Assembly: GCA_012719395.1 (NCBI GenBank)
Contig: JAAYAL010000016.1
Location: forward strand, 3,166-67,165
Direction of reading: 5' to 3'
DNA: 64,000 bases
From: Gaiellales bacterium
GTDB lineage: Bacteria > Actinomycetota > Thermoleophilia > RBG-16-64-13
The notes under the pieces: generated by a model
The model's input: only the letters and a program-made list of their open reading frames with translations
Databases searched by the model: none
What the model was told of the DNA's origin: nothing
Shown: piece by piece, positions 1 through 9,423 of the stretch
How positions within the stretch are numbered: the first letter of the stretch is position 1
How the letters are laid out: the number at the start of each line of letters is the position of its first letter
Translations under genes and position numbers: made by a program

Positions 1-1
1 C

Positions 2-469
2 CCCAAGTTCACACGCATTGTGAGCTTCGCCTATGACAATTTCGTGAATGTTCTCGTGGAGCACGAAGGCATCCCGGGGCAGGATGCTCTCATGCTCAGC
101 CAGCGTATCGGGTTGGAGGGTCCCCAGGAAGCGTCTACGGAGGACTACACCGCTTCCACTGTGAGCGAGGTCAGAACCGCGCTGGGCAGGGTGGCTGAGC
201 AGTTTGCCGAAGAGATGCGGCGGTCGTTTGACTTCTACCGCAGCCAGGAATACGCAGCGCCCTTGTCACGCGTGGTGTTGGCCGGTCGAGGGCCGCTCCT
301 TCGCAACCTGGACCACTACCTGAGCGAGTTCCTGAACGTCCCCGTTGAGGTGGGGAACCCGCTGTTGAAGATCGGGGTCAACAGGACCAAGATGACGGAC
401 GACATGCTGGCGGCGCTTGCGCCGCGCATGTCCGTAGCCGTGGGTCTCTCCTTGGACGAGGCCGAGTAA
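2..469 (+). CDS. pilM: Type IV pilus assembly protein PilM, C-terminal part (gene begins before the window)
   Basis: Open frame from window edge; actin-like C-terminus (EMRRSFDFYRSQ, VVLAGRG..LRNLDHYLSEFLNVPVEVGNP, AVAVGLSL); stop overlaps pilN start. Confidence 0.88.
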   Translation, partial: PKFTRIVSFAYDNFVNVLVEHEGIPGQDALMLSQRIGLEGPQEASTEDYTASTVSEVRTALGRVAEQFAEEMRRSFDFYRSQEYAAPLSRVVLAGRGPLLRNLDHYLSEFLNVPVEVGNPLLKIGVNRTKMTDDMLAALAPRMSVAVGLSLDEAE

Positions 470-1125
470 TGCTGCGACGCATCAATCTGATACCTCAGTC
501 GGAGCGTGTGCGCACGCAAAGCGACATGGGCATGCTGGCACTGATCATCGTCAGCGCGGTGGTGCTGGCGGCCATTGCCTTCACGTACGTCTACTTCAAC
601 GGTGTGCTGAAGGACCGTCAGGAGGAATTGGCCTCTCTCCAATCCCAGACGGCCCAGGTTCAGAGCCGACTCAACGCTTTGGGAGAGTATGAGGCGTTGG
701 ATGAGAAGCGACGGGAAGCAGAGGCCGTGGTACAGCACATCTATGCCGGGCGCACTCTGGTGTCGCAGGCGCTGGGCGACCTCAGCCTGGTTATTCCCAA
801 GGAATCGTGGCTGCAGCAGATGCAGTTGTCGTCGCCTGCAGTCCCGGCCTACGGCGCCGGCGCAGGCGGCCAGGAGGATGTCGAGTTGGGCATGTTCTCG
901 GTGTCGGGACAAACCTACACCTTTGAAGATGTGGCAACTGTCCTTGTCCGACTGGAGCAGATCCCCTCGCTTGGCCCGGTGGTGCTCACGACGGCTGCGA
1001 CCAATGATTCTGCTGCATCTCCGACCACCACTTCCATCAAGACGTTCACGTTGACGGCATCAGTTGCCAATACGCAGCCGGCAGATACTCCTTTGCCTAT
1101 ATCGCAGGTCCAGGTGGGTCAATGA
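469..1125 (+). CDS. pilN: Type IV pilus assembly protein PilN
   Basis: RRINLIP N-terminal PilM-binding motif, single TM helix, coiled coil, C-terminal PilN-type domain; between pilM and pilO. Confidence 0.88.
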   Translation: MLRRINLIPQSERVRTQSDMGMLALIIVSAVVLAAIAFTYVYFNGVLKDRQEELASLQSQTAQVQSRLNALGEYEALDEKRREAEAVVQHIYAGRTLVSQALGDLSLVIPKESWLQQMQLSSPAVPAYGAGAGGQEDVELGMFSVSGQTYTFEDVATVLVRLEQIPSLGPVVLTTAATNDSAASPTTTSIKTFTLTASVANTQPADTPLPISQVQVGQ

Positions 1126-1745
1126 GCCGGCGCAACATCTACATAGTCTCCGGCATAGCCTTGGTGGCCATCGTGGTGGCGTACTGGTTCCTGCTGTTCA
1201 GCCCACTGCAGGATCGGATCAGCCAGCACGACCGGCAGATTGAGGATGAGCGCCAGAGGCTGACGGTCCTCCAGACGAAGCTCACACAATTCGCCACGTT
1301 GAAGGACGAAGCGGCGCGCAACAAGGGCCGTCTGCTGGAGCTCGCCAAGCTGGTTCCGGAGTCCGAGGAACTGCCCAGTCTTCTACTTGAGGTGCAGGAG
1401 TTGGCCACTGAGGCGGGGATCACGTTCGTGAGCGTCACGCCGAGTGCCGCCTCCATGTCGGAGGGCTTCCAGGTGATTCCACTGGAGCTGCAGTTTGTTG
1501 GCAGTTTCTTCGATGTCAATGATTTCATTTACCGGGCGGAGCAGCTGGCATCCGGGCCCGGGCGGTTGTTGTCGGTACAAGCATTGACCCTCTCGGTATC
1601 GTCGGACACCTCAGGCCAATCGGCAGCCGGGTTGTCACCAAAACTCAGTGTGTCCATGACGCTCAATGCCTACGAGCGTAATCCCTCATTGGAATCGCCA
1701 CCCCAGGCCCAGGCTCAAGCTACGCCGGCCGCAGCCAGCGAGTAG
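1122..1745 (+). CDS. pilO: Type IV pilus assembly protein PilO
   Basis: N-terminal TM, coiled coil, LVPESEELPSLLLEVQELATEAGI, IPLELQFVGSFFDVNDFI PilO-like core; ATGA overlap with pilN. Confidence 0.88.
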   Translation: MSRRNIYIVSGIALVAIVVAYWFLLFSPLQDRISQHDRQIEDERQRLTVLQTKLTQFATLKDEAARNKGRLLELAKLVPESEELPSLLLEVQELATEAGITFVSVTPSAASMSEGFQVIPLELQFVGSFFDVNDFIYRAEQLASGPGRLLSVQALTLSVSSDTSGQSAAGLSPKLSVSMTLNAYERNPSLESPPQAQAQATPAAASE

Positions 1746-1755
1746 GAGATCTCAC

Positions 1756-2337
1756 GTGCGCAAGAGCCTCGACATCCGCCTTATTGCCGTCTCGCTCCTG
1801 GGAGCCTTGTGCGTGGCGTTGGGGGCGGTGGGGTGTGGTTCCATTTCCTCCACCACTCTGGTACCCACGGCTTCAACTACAGCGAAACCGGTCCCTGCCA
1901 CCACTACCACCACCGAGGTCGTGGTACTGGACCTGCTCTCCACCTTCGAGGCCAAGGATCCGTTCATCCAGCAAGCCGTGAGCACCACCAAGGTGTCGAC
2001 CACCACGACGAAATCCGGCACTGCTACCACGAAGTCCGGGTCTGCTTCCTCCAGTTCCAGCACCACCAGCACCACGGGTTCGGGATCCAGCACGAGCACA
2101 ACCACCAGCTCACTCCATAGCATGAAGGCGCTCTCCATCAGCACTACGAATGGGGTGAGCGCGGCTACCATTGACGTGGATGATGTGGTGTACCAGAACA
2201 AGCGGGTGGGTGACGTCTTCAACACGGATTGGGGGCAGGTGAAGGTCACGCGCATTGATGTGTCTGCGCAGGCAGTCACGGTGCTTCACGGGAGTGAGAC
2301 CCGCGTGCTCTACGTGGGTCGGGAGATAATCAAGTAA
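1756..2337 (+). CDS. Ser/Thr-rich putative lipoprotein at the PilP position
   Basis: GTG at 1756 after AGGAG (1744-1748); signal peptide ending AVGC (lipobox-like); KDPF motif; long Thr/Ser linker; beta-rich C-terminal domain. Confidence 0.7.
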   Translation: MRKSLDIRLIAVSLLGALCVALGAVGCGSISSTTLVPTASTTAKPVPATTTTTEVVVLDLLSTFEAKDPFIQQAVSTTKVSTTTTKSGTATTKSGSASSSSSTTSTTGSGSSTSTTTSSLHSMKALSISTTNGVSAATIDVDDVVYQNKRVGDVFNTDWGQVKVTRIDVSAQAVTVLHGSETRVLYVGREIIK

Positions 2338-2376
2338 GCTGAACGTCGCTGCGGCGGTTTCTGAGTGGGAAGACGG

Positions 2377-2403
2377 CGGCGCCTGAAGGCGCCGTTTGTT
2401 TCT
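2377..2403 (+). terminator. Intrinsic terminator after the pil accessory operon
   Basis: CGGCGCC-TGAA-GGCGCCG 7-bp stem followed by TTTGTTTCT. Confidence 0.65.
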
Positions 2404-2420
2404 GGTGGGAGGCAGGGGAG

Positions 2421-3632
2421 ATGGGAACAGGCATTTCTTGCATCACGTCAGGCGAATCGCATGGGCCGGCTGAGGTGTGCATCATTGAGGGCGTGCCTGC
2501 CGGATTGCGGCTGGCGGCGGAAGGTATTGACCTGCAGTTGCACCGTCGACAGACAGGCTACGGCCGGGGTGGGCGCATGGCAATCGAGTCCGACCACGTT
2601 GAGATCCTCTCCGGAGTGAGGGGTGGCAGCACCCTGGGCACCCCCGTGACGTTGCTGGTCAAGAATGCCGACCACCGCAACTGGATTCCAGCCATGCAGG
2701 CTGCTCCGTGGGCCACCGGCGAGGGGGGTAGCGGCCCATCGGTCACGGTCCCTCGTCCCGGGCATGCGGACTACGCCGGGCTCTGCAAACACGATCATCA
2801 CGACATAAGGAACGTACTGGAACGGGCAAGCGCGCGCGAGACCGTCTCCCGCGTGGCCGGAGGAGCCGTAGCCAGGGCTCTGCTCAGAGAACTGGGCGTG
2901 GAGGTGCGTGGCAGAGTCATCGCCGTGGGTGGGGTGGAGGATGCAACCGTGGTGGACCTCAACGATCCACAGTCAATCAACTGGGCTGCAGTGGAGGCAT
3001 CGGCGCTCCGGGTGGCGGATGCCGGGGCGGAACTGGCTATCATCGCCCAGATAGACGCCGCCCGCGAGGCAGGGGAGTCCCTGGGTGGCACGCTGGAGGT
3101 CTGGGCCTGGGGATTGGTGCCTGGACTGGGGGGGTATGCCACGCGCCAGATGCGCTTGGATGGTCGCCTGCTGGGATCCGTGGGCAGTGTCCCCGCCATC
3201 GTGGGGGTCGAGCTTGGGCTTGGGTTCAAGCGTGCGGGGTTGCGGGGGTCCGCGGCGCAGGATGCCTTCTACGTATCGGGAACGGAAAGGCCGGTGGTGC
3301 AGCGTCGCAGCAATCGGGCGGGCGGGGTGGAAGGTGGGATGACCAACGGCTCACCTCTGGTGCTGCGGGCCGCCATGAAGCCCATACCGACCATGACCTC
3401 GCCGCTTCCCTCGGTGGATCTTCAAGACATGACGGCTGCGCCTGCGCACAAGGAACGCAGCGATATCGTGGCGGTTCCGGCCGCTACGGTGGTAGCCGAA
3501 GCGGAGGTCTGCCTTGTGCTGGCTTCAGCGTACGTGGAGAAATTCGGCGGCGATTGCCTGGGAGACCTGCAGGAGGCGTTGAGGCTCTACTGCGCGCGAT
3601 TGGAAGCGAGAGGTCTGTGGCGCCGCTCGTAG
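2421..3632 (+). CDS. aroC: Chorismate synthase
   Basis: TSGESHG, RRQTGYGRGGRM, RPGHAD, ERASARET, SNRAGGVEGGMTNG, MKPIPT motifs. Confidence 0.96.
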   Translation: MGTGISCITSGESHGPAEVCIIEGVPAGLRLAAEGIDLQLHRRQTGYGRGGRMAIESDHVEILSGVRGGSTLGTPVTLLVKNADHRNWIPAMQAAPWATGEGGSGPSVTVPRPGHADYAGLCKHDHHDIRNVLERASARETVSRVAGGAVARALLRELGVEVRGRVIAVGGVEDATVVDLNDPQSINWAAVEASALRVADAGAELAIIAQIDAAREAGESLGGTLEVWAWGLVPGLGGYATRQMRLDGRLLGSVGSVPAIVGVELGLGFKRAGLRGSAAQDAFYVSGTERPVVQRRSNRAGGVEGGMTNGSPLVLRAAMKPIPTMTSPLPSVDLQDMTAAPAHKERSDIVAVPAATVVAEAEVCLVLASAYVEKFGGDCLGDLQEALRLYCARLEARGLWRRS

Positions 3633-5248
3633 TCCTGCTGGGCTTCATGGGCAGTGGCAAGACCGGGGCGGGCGCGGCATGCGCGGCTCTGCTTCATTAC
3701 GAGTTCGTCGATCTGGACGCGAGCGTGTCCAGCCGCGTTGGGAAGACCGTGGAGGCCCTCTTCTCAGAAGAGGGGGAGGATGCGTTCCGCGCGGCGGAAG
3801 TGGACGTCCTGCGCGATCTCCTGGAGGAATGGGAACGCTCTCCCCGGGGAATGGTGTTGGCTCTGGGCGGAGGCGCGGCCACGGTGACTGGGGTTCAGGA
3901 CGCCTTGCAGGGCAAGGGGCTGAAGATCTGGCTCAGCGTGGAGCCCGGGGTGGCATGGGGTCGAGTGAAGGGCTCCGCTCGCCCGCTGGCGCAGGATAGG
4001 GGGAGATTCGTGCGTCTGGCCCACGAGCGGCGGGACGCTTATCTTGCGCTCAGTGACGTGGTCTTGGATACGTCCGACCTGGAAATCTCGCAGGTAGCGT
4101 TCCGCTTGGCCCGCCTTACACAGGAAATGGGGGATGAAGAAGCCGCTCGCATGCAGAATCCGGTCTGGCGACTCAATGTGGAGGGCAAGCTTTCTCGCTC
4201 AGTCATCGAAGGCGGCCCTGGTACGCGCGAAGCATGCAGGCGGGTACGCGCGGGTCTCACAGAAGAAGGGCGGAGGGTATGGGTTGTCACCGATCAGAAT
4301 CTGAAGGTCCATTGGCCTCGTCTTGTGCATGACTTGTGCGGAGGCAGCGGGGCGGCAGACGCGCTGGTGCTGCCACCGGGTGAGGGGGCAAAGACCCCGA
4401 TCTGGGCTGAACGAGGGTGGCAGTGGCTGGCGGAAGCAGGAGCACGGCGGGATGACGCGATCCTGGCCTTCGGTGGAGGAGTGGTGGGTGATCTCGCCGG
4501 GTTCCTGGCGGCAACCTACCTGCGAGGGCTGGAGCTGTGGCAGTTGCCGACGAGCCTCTTGGCTCAAGTGGACAGCAGCGTGGGCGGCAAGACGGCGGTC
4601 AACCTACCGGAGGGGAAGAATCTGGTAGGCGCCTTCCACCAGCCTGCTCGCGTGTTCATCGATCCGGTGTTCTTGCTCACCCTGCCCCAACGGGAGCTCG
4701 CGAACGGCTTGGGCGAAGTGGTCAAGTACGCGGTGCTGGGCGGGGAGGCCGTGCTGGAGGGTTTGGAGGAGTCGGCGGACGCGGTGGCCTCGCTGCGCCC
4801 GGCGGCGGTGGACGAGAGCGTGCGAACCTGCGTGGCCTACAAGGCCGCGGTGGTGGGTCGCGACGAACGAGAAGCCGGAGAACGCGCTGTCCTCAATCTG
4901 GGCCACACCACCGCCCATGCACTCGAGCGGGTACTGGGCTACGGTGGGGTGGGGCATGGCGTGGCGGTGGCGCTGGGAGTACTGGTGGCCCTGCGTGTGA
5001 GTGAGGTGCTGCTGGACTGTCCCCAAGACCTGCGGGGCCGGACAAGGAAGCTCATGGAGAGGTGGGGTCTCCCCGTGCGTCTGAGACTGCCGGAAGACAC
5101 AGAGATTCTGGCGGCCATGAAGAGGGACAAGAAGGGTCGAGCGGGGGGCGTCGGCTTTGTGGGCGTGAAGGGAGCGGGAGAGCCGGTGACCGGCCTGCAG
5201 GTGCCGGAGTCGCTCCTGCGCCAAGCCCTGAGGGAGATCAGAGCATGA
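3617..5248 (+). CDS. aroKB: Bifunctional shikimate kinase / 3-dehydroquinate synthase (AroK-AroB fusion)
   Basis: N-terminal GFMGSGKT P-loop, LGGG, RPL (AroK); C-terminal GGGVVGDLAGF, PTSLLAQVDSSVGGKTAVN, LNLGHT (AroB); start re-picked at GTG 3617 overlapping aroC end. Confidence 0.93.
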   Translation: MAPLVVLLGFMGSGKTGAGAACAALLHYEFVDLDASVSSRVGKTVEALFSEEGEDAFRAAEVDVLRDLLEEWERSPRGMVLALGGGAATVTGVQDALQGKGLKIWLSVEPGVAWGRVKGSARPLAQDRGRFVRLAHERRDAYLALSDVVLDTSDLEISQVAFRLARLTQEMGDEEAARMQNPVWRLNVEGKLSRSVIEGGPGTREACRRVRAGLTEEGRRVWVVTDQNLKVHWPRLVHDLCGGSGAADALVLPPGEGAKTPIWAERGWQWLAEAGARRDDAILAFGGGVVGDLAGFLAATYLRGLELWQLPTSLLAQVDSSVGGKTAVNLPEGKNLVGAFHQPARVFIDPVFLLTLPQRELANGLGEVVKYAVLGGEAVLEGLEESADAVASLRPAAVDESVRTCVAYKAAVVGRDEREAGERAVLNLGHTTAHALERVLGYGGVGHGVAVALGVLVALRVSEVLLDCPQDLRGRTRKLMERWGLPVRLRLPEDTEILAAMKRDKKGRAGGVGFVGVKGAGEPVTGLQVPESLLRQALREIRA

Positions 5249-5709
5249 ACCGGGAGACTCCCGCGTTGCTGGTGGTGCTGCACGGGGTGAATCTCAACAT
5301 GCTGGGCGTGCGGCCGGCGGCTCACTACGGCACCATCACCCTGTTGGAACTGGAGGATGTGGTGAGGCAGGAGGCCGGTGCGTGGGGATGGAGCACTCTT
5401 TGTTTCCAAACCAATCACGAAGGTGAATTCGTGGAACTGGCGCAGCGATTCCGTACCGCGGATGCGCTCTTGGTCAACCCAGGCGCGTGGACGCACTACA
5501 GCTATGCCATTCGTGACGCATTGGAGATGGCTCAAGGCCCGGTGGCTGAGGTCCACCTCTCGGCTGTGGAGCAACGAGAGCCTTGGAGGCAGGTGTCCGT
5601 GCTCGCAGACGTGGCAAGCGTGAGAGTGTCCGGAAAAGGTGCAGACGGCTACCGGGAGGCCGTGCGCCGGCTGGTCGGGTTGGCGGGAGGAAAGGATGAA
5701 GCACTGTGA
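5245..5709 (+). CDS. aroQ: Type II 3-dehydroquinate dehydratase
   Basis: HGVNLNMLGVR..HYG, QTNHEGE, NPGAWTHYS, EVHLS..REPWR; ATGA overlap with aroB stop. Confidence 0.95.
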   Translation: MNRETPALLVVLHGVNLNMLGVRPAAHYGTITLLELEDVVRQEAGAWGWSTLCFQTNHEGEFVELAQRFRTADALLVNPGAWTHYSYAIRDALEMAQGPVAEVHLSAVEQREPWRQVSVLADVASVRVSGKGADGYREAVRRLVGLAGGKDEAL

Positions 5710-6791
5710 AGCCTGACACCTATGCGGCCAGGATAGACCGCCTGCGAGGCGGCATGAAGGATTCCGGCCTGGGAGCGCTGCTTGTGGTGGGCGCTAAGAA
5801 TGTGCGCTACCTGTCAGGTTTCAGTGGTGAGGATGCGGTTGTGCTTGTCCTCCCGGACGAGGGGTTGCTGCTGACAGACTCGCGGTTCAGGCTGCAGGCG
5901 CAGGAGGAATCTGTCCATTTGCGGATAGTTGAGCCGGCGGAGAAGCTGTCCCAAGCGGTGCCCGGCCTGGTGGCGGGGGTGGAGGGAGCCGTGGGGTTGG
6001 AAGCCGAGCATCTCACGCTGGCACAGTGGCAGGCTTTTCAGCAGGAGGCACCCCGCGACGACTTCTATCATCCTGTGGAAGGGTTGGTCTCCAAGCTGCG
6101 TCGTGTGAAGGACGCAGAGGAGATCGAGCTCATGCGGGCCTCCGGTGCGCTTGCCACTGCTGTCATGGAGTACCTGGCCGGCATCCGTGTGGTGGGGAGA
6201 ACGGAAGTGGAAGTCGCCCTGGATCTTGAGGTCTGGCTGCGCCGGCGGGGGTCCGAGGGATTGCCCTTCCCCTTCATCGTGGCCCACGGTGAGCACGGGG
6301 CCCGGCCGCATGCCGTGCCTCGGAATGAGGTCATCGCCGCGGGACGGCTGCTCGTCGTGGACCTGGGGGCTGTCGTCCAAGGCTACGCCAGCGATATCAC
6401 CCGCACCTTCGCCACCGGGCCCCTCTCGGAGCGGGAGTTGGAGATGTATGAGGTGGTAAAGGAAGCGCAGGCCATCGGCCGTGCGGGGATTCGGCCCGGC
6501 ATGTCGGGTATGGAGGCCGACCGGCTCGTGCGTGACGTGGTGGAGTCGGGAGGGATGGGCAGTCTGTTCGAGCACAGCTTGGGTCACGGCGTAGGGCTGG
6601 ACGTACACGAGGCTCCGCGTTTGGGTCCTAAATCCGAGGACCTGCTGGAGGTAGGCAACGTGGTGACAGTGGAGCCGGGAGTCTACGATCCAGGGCTGGG
6701 CGGAGTGAGGATAGAGGACACGGTGGTCCTGGGAGACAACGGGGCGACGGTGCTTACGGAAACCACGCGCGAGTTGGCATTTCTGCATTGA
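5706..6791 (+). CDS. pepP: Xaa-Pro aminopeptidase (M24B)
   Basis: YLSGFSG, TDSRF, DLG..YASDITRT, HSLGHGVGLDVHE, TVEPG.Y..GGVRIED. Confidence 0.9.
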   Translation: MKPDTYAARIDRLRGGMKDSGLGALLVVGAKNVRYLSGFSGEDAVVLVLPDEGLLLTDSRFRLQAQEESVHLRIVEPAEKLSQAVPGLVAGVEGAVGLEAEHLTLAQWQAFQQEAPRDDFYHPVEGLVSKLRRVKDAEEIELMRASGALATAVMEYLAGIRVVGRTEVEVALDLEVWLRRRGSEGLPFPFIVAHGEHGARPHAVPRNEVIAAGRLLVVDLGAVVQGYASDITRTFATGPLSERELEMYEVVKEAQAIGRAGIRPGMSGMEADRLVRDVVESGGMGSLFEHSLGHGVGLDVHEAPRLGPKSEDLLEVGNVVTVEPGVYDPGLGGVRIEDTVVLGDNGATVLTETTRELAFLH

Positions 6792-6937
6792 GGCGAGGCC
6801 GGGCTGTTTCGGGAAGCGTGTCGTGAACGGGTGCGAAGCCAATAGTGTAAAATTCGCCTGCTGTGAGCGAATGGCCTCGGTTGGGGATACGGCATTTTCC
6901 GGCATCGCCGGAGGCGCCTGAGGAGGAGAGTGTACTT

Positions 6938-7495
6938 GTGATTTCGGCCAACGACTTTCGCGCGGGAATGGTGGTGCGATTCGAGGGTGACCTGTACCAG
7001 GTCGTCGAGTACCAGCACGTCAAACCGGGCAAAGGCGGGGCGTTCGTTCGAACCAAGCTGCGCAATCTCAACACGGGCGGCGCCATGGAGCGCACTCTGC
7101 GCCCGGAGCAGAAATACGATCAGGTTCGGACCGAGAAACGGCCCATGGTGTATCTGTACGAGGATGGAGATGACCTGGTCTTCATGGACAAAGAGACCTA
7201 CGATCAGCTCTCCCTGTCGAAGGAATCCCTCGGTGGGAAGATCGAGTTCATGAAGGTTGACATGCCGGTGGATGTGGTCTACGTGGACGAAGCTCCCTTT
7301 GACGTGGAACTGCCCATCTTGGTCGAGTTGGAGATCGTGGAGACCGCCCCTGGTGTCAAAGGAGACACTGTGAGCGGTGGCAGCAAGACCGCCGTTCTGG
7401 AAACTGGGGCTACCATCCAGGTCCCCCTGTTCATCGAACAGGGGGAGACCATCAGGGTGGACACGCGAACGGGCGCGTATAACTCGCGCGTCTAG
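6938..7495 (+). CDS. efp: Elongation factor P
   Basis: HVKPGKGGAFVRTKLRN, PGVKGDT, VPLFIEQGE.IRVDTRTG.Y; GTG start after AGGAGGAG. Confidence 0.97.
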   Translation: MISANDFRAGMVVRFEGDLYQVVEYQHVKPGKGGAFVRTKLRNLNTGGAMERTLRPEQKYDQVRTEKRPMVYLYEDGDDLVFMDKETYDQLSLSKESLGGKIEFMKVDMPVDVVYVDEAPFDVELPILVELEIVETAPGVKGDTVSGGSKTAVLETGATIQVPLFIEQGETIRVDTRTGAYNSRV

Positions 7496-7540
7496 GCGGG
7501 TCCGTCCCCTTACACTCCGCTCGAACAGAGGAATCCGGCC

Positions 7541-9418
7541 ATGAAGGCTCGACGTATAGCCGTAACCGACACCACACTGCGTGACGCTCATCAGTCGCTG
7601 TGGGCAACGCGGATGCGTGTGGGCCATATCGTACCGGTGCTGCCTGCCTTGGACCGTGTTGGCTTCCAGTCCCTGGAATGCTGGGGCGGGGCCACATTTG
7701 ACTCCTGCCTGCGGTTCCTGGATGAGAACCCATGGGAGACTCTGCGCACCATAAAGCACCACGTGCGCCGCACGCCGCTGCAGATGCTGCTGCGCGGCCA
7801 GAACCTGGTGGGGTATCGCCACTACGGGGACGAGATCGTCAGAGACTTCGTTCGCTTGGCGGCCGACTCCGGAATTGACATCTTCCGCGTTTTTGACGCA
7901 CTGAACGACACGCGCAACATCCGAGTGGCCGGCGAGGCCATCAAGGCTGCGGGCAAGCATTTCCAGGGCGCAGTGGTCTACACCATAAGCCCCGTGCACA
8001 CGTTGGACCACTATGTGGAAGTTGCTCACGAGCTGGCGGAGATGGGCGCCGACAGTATCTGCATCAAGGACATGGCGGCGCTGCTGTCGCCCTATTTCGC
8101 CGAGCGCCTGGTCAAGACCCTCAAGGATGAGATCAACCTCCCCCTGCAGCTGCACTGCCACTACATTGGCGGGCTGGCTCCCATGACCTACCTCAAGGCC
8201 ATCGAAGCCGGCGTGGACGTCGTGGACACGGCCACTGTGCCTCTGGCTTTCGGAACCAGTCAGCCGGCCACGGAAATGGTTGTCACCGCCCTCAAGGGTA
8301 CGCCCTACGACACGGAACTGGACCTGGAGGCGCTATTCGATATCGCCGAATACTTCGAGAAGGTGCGCGAAGAAGGCGGATATGAGCGTGGAGTGACCTC
8401 TCTGGACCATATGCGCGTCTACTCTCATCAGGTTCCCGGGGGCATGATCTCCAATCTCATCTCTCAGCTCAAGGAACAGAAGGCGGAAGAGCGGCTGCGC
8501 GAGGTGCTGGAGGAGATCCCCCGCGTGCGGGCGGAAGTGGGCTATCCACCGCTGGTGACGCCCTTGAGCCAGATCGTGGGCACCCAGGCCGTCATCAACG
8601 TGCTCACGGGGAAACGCTGGCAGCTGGTGCCGGACGAAATGAAATCCTACTTCCGCGGCAAGTACGGGCGCCCCCCGGCGCCCATCAACCCCGATCTGCT
8701 GACGCGGGTCCTGGGCGATGAGAAGCCCATTCAGGGTCGCCCCGCAGATCTGCTCACGGAGACCGTGGAGCAATTCCGGCTGGAGATCGGAGCGCTGGCT
8801 CGGAGCGAGGAAGACGTGCTGAGCTACGCGCTCTTCCCCAACGCCGCGCGTGGTTTCTTCGAGCGCCGGCACGAGGGGGCCGACCAGGATGTCTTCCTCA
8901 CCGCCCCCGCCGATGAGGAGCCGGTCTCAGCAGTCGCCCCCATTGCCACCGATCGTGTGCGCGAGCTGGTGGCGCTGGTGGAGAGCTCGGGAGTGGATGA
9001 GATCACGGTGGAGGATGGCGGCAGTCGGGTGACTATTCGCAAGAGCGCATCCCGCGCCTTCCCTGAGGCCCCGCTGCCGGTCGAACCGTTGCCGGCCGCC
9101 CAGTCGCAACCCGCCCCAGCGGTCGCTGCCCATTCGCCATTTGAAGCGAGAGGGAACCGCGCCGGCTGCAACGGCTACCACAAGGTGGTGGCGCCCATGG
9201 TGGGGACCTTCTACACAGCTCCTTCCCCGGGGATGCCACCGTACGTGGCCCTCGGTCAGCATGTGGCCGAGGGAGACGTGCTGTGCATCTTGGAGGCCAT
9301 GAAGCTCATGAACGAAGTGGGATCGGAAGTCAGCGGCGTGGTGCGCGACATTCTGGTGGCCAGCGGTGCGGCCGTGGAGTACGGTCAGCCGCTGTTTGCC
9401 ATAGAACTGGACGCCTAG
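7541..9418 (+). CDS. Pyruvate carboxylase/oxaloacetate decarboxylase-type carboxyltransferase fused to an AccB-type biotin carboxyl carrier protein
   Basis: DTTLRDAHQSL, ECWGGATFD, CIKDMA, LHCH, HQVPGGM, PPLVTPLSQIVG; C-terminal VAPMVGTFY and EAMKLMNE biotinylation motif. Confidence 0.9.
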   Translation: MKARRIAVTDTTLRDAHQSLWATRMRVGHIVPVLPALDRVGFQSLECWGGATFDSCLRFLDENPWETLRTIKHHVRRTPLQMLLRGQNLVGYRHYGDEIVRDFVRLAADSGIDIFRVFDALNDTRNIRVAGEAIKAAGKHFQGAVVYTISPVHTLDHYVEVAHELAEMGADSICIKDMAALLSPYFAERLVKTLKDEINLPLQLHCHYIGGLAPMTYLKAIEAGVDVVDTATVPLAFGTSQPATEMVVTALKGTPYDTELDLEALFDIAEYFEKVREEGGYERGVTSLDHMRVYSHQVPGGMISNLISQLKEQKAEERLREVLEEIPRVRAEVGYPPLVTPLSQIVGTQAVINVLTGKRWQLVPDEMKSYFRGKYGRPPAPINPDLLTRVLGDEKPIQGRPADLLTETVEQFRLEIGALARSEEDVLSYALFPNAARGFFERRHEGADQDVFLTAPADEEPVSAVAPIATDRVRELVALVESSGVDEITVEDGGSRVTIRKSASRAFPEAPLPVEPLPAAQSQPAPAVAAHSPFEARGNRAGCNGYHKVVAPMVGTFYTAPSPGMPPYVALGQHVAEGDVLCILEAMKLMNEVGSEVSGVVRDILVASGAAVEYGQPLFAIELDA

Positions 9419-9423
9419 ACCGG

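Noticed and set aside
1850-2125. Repeated ACC/AGC trinucleotide-like runs
   Set aside because: Explained by Thr/Ser codons in the low-complexity linker of the PilP-like protein; not a DNA repeat element or CRISPR
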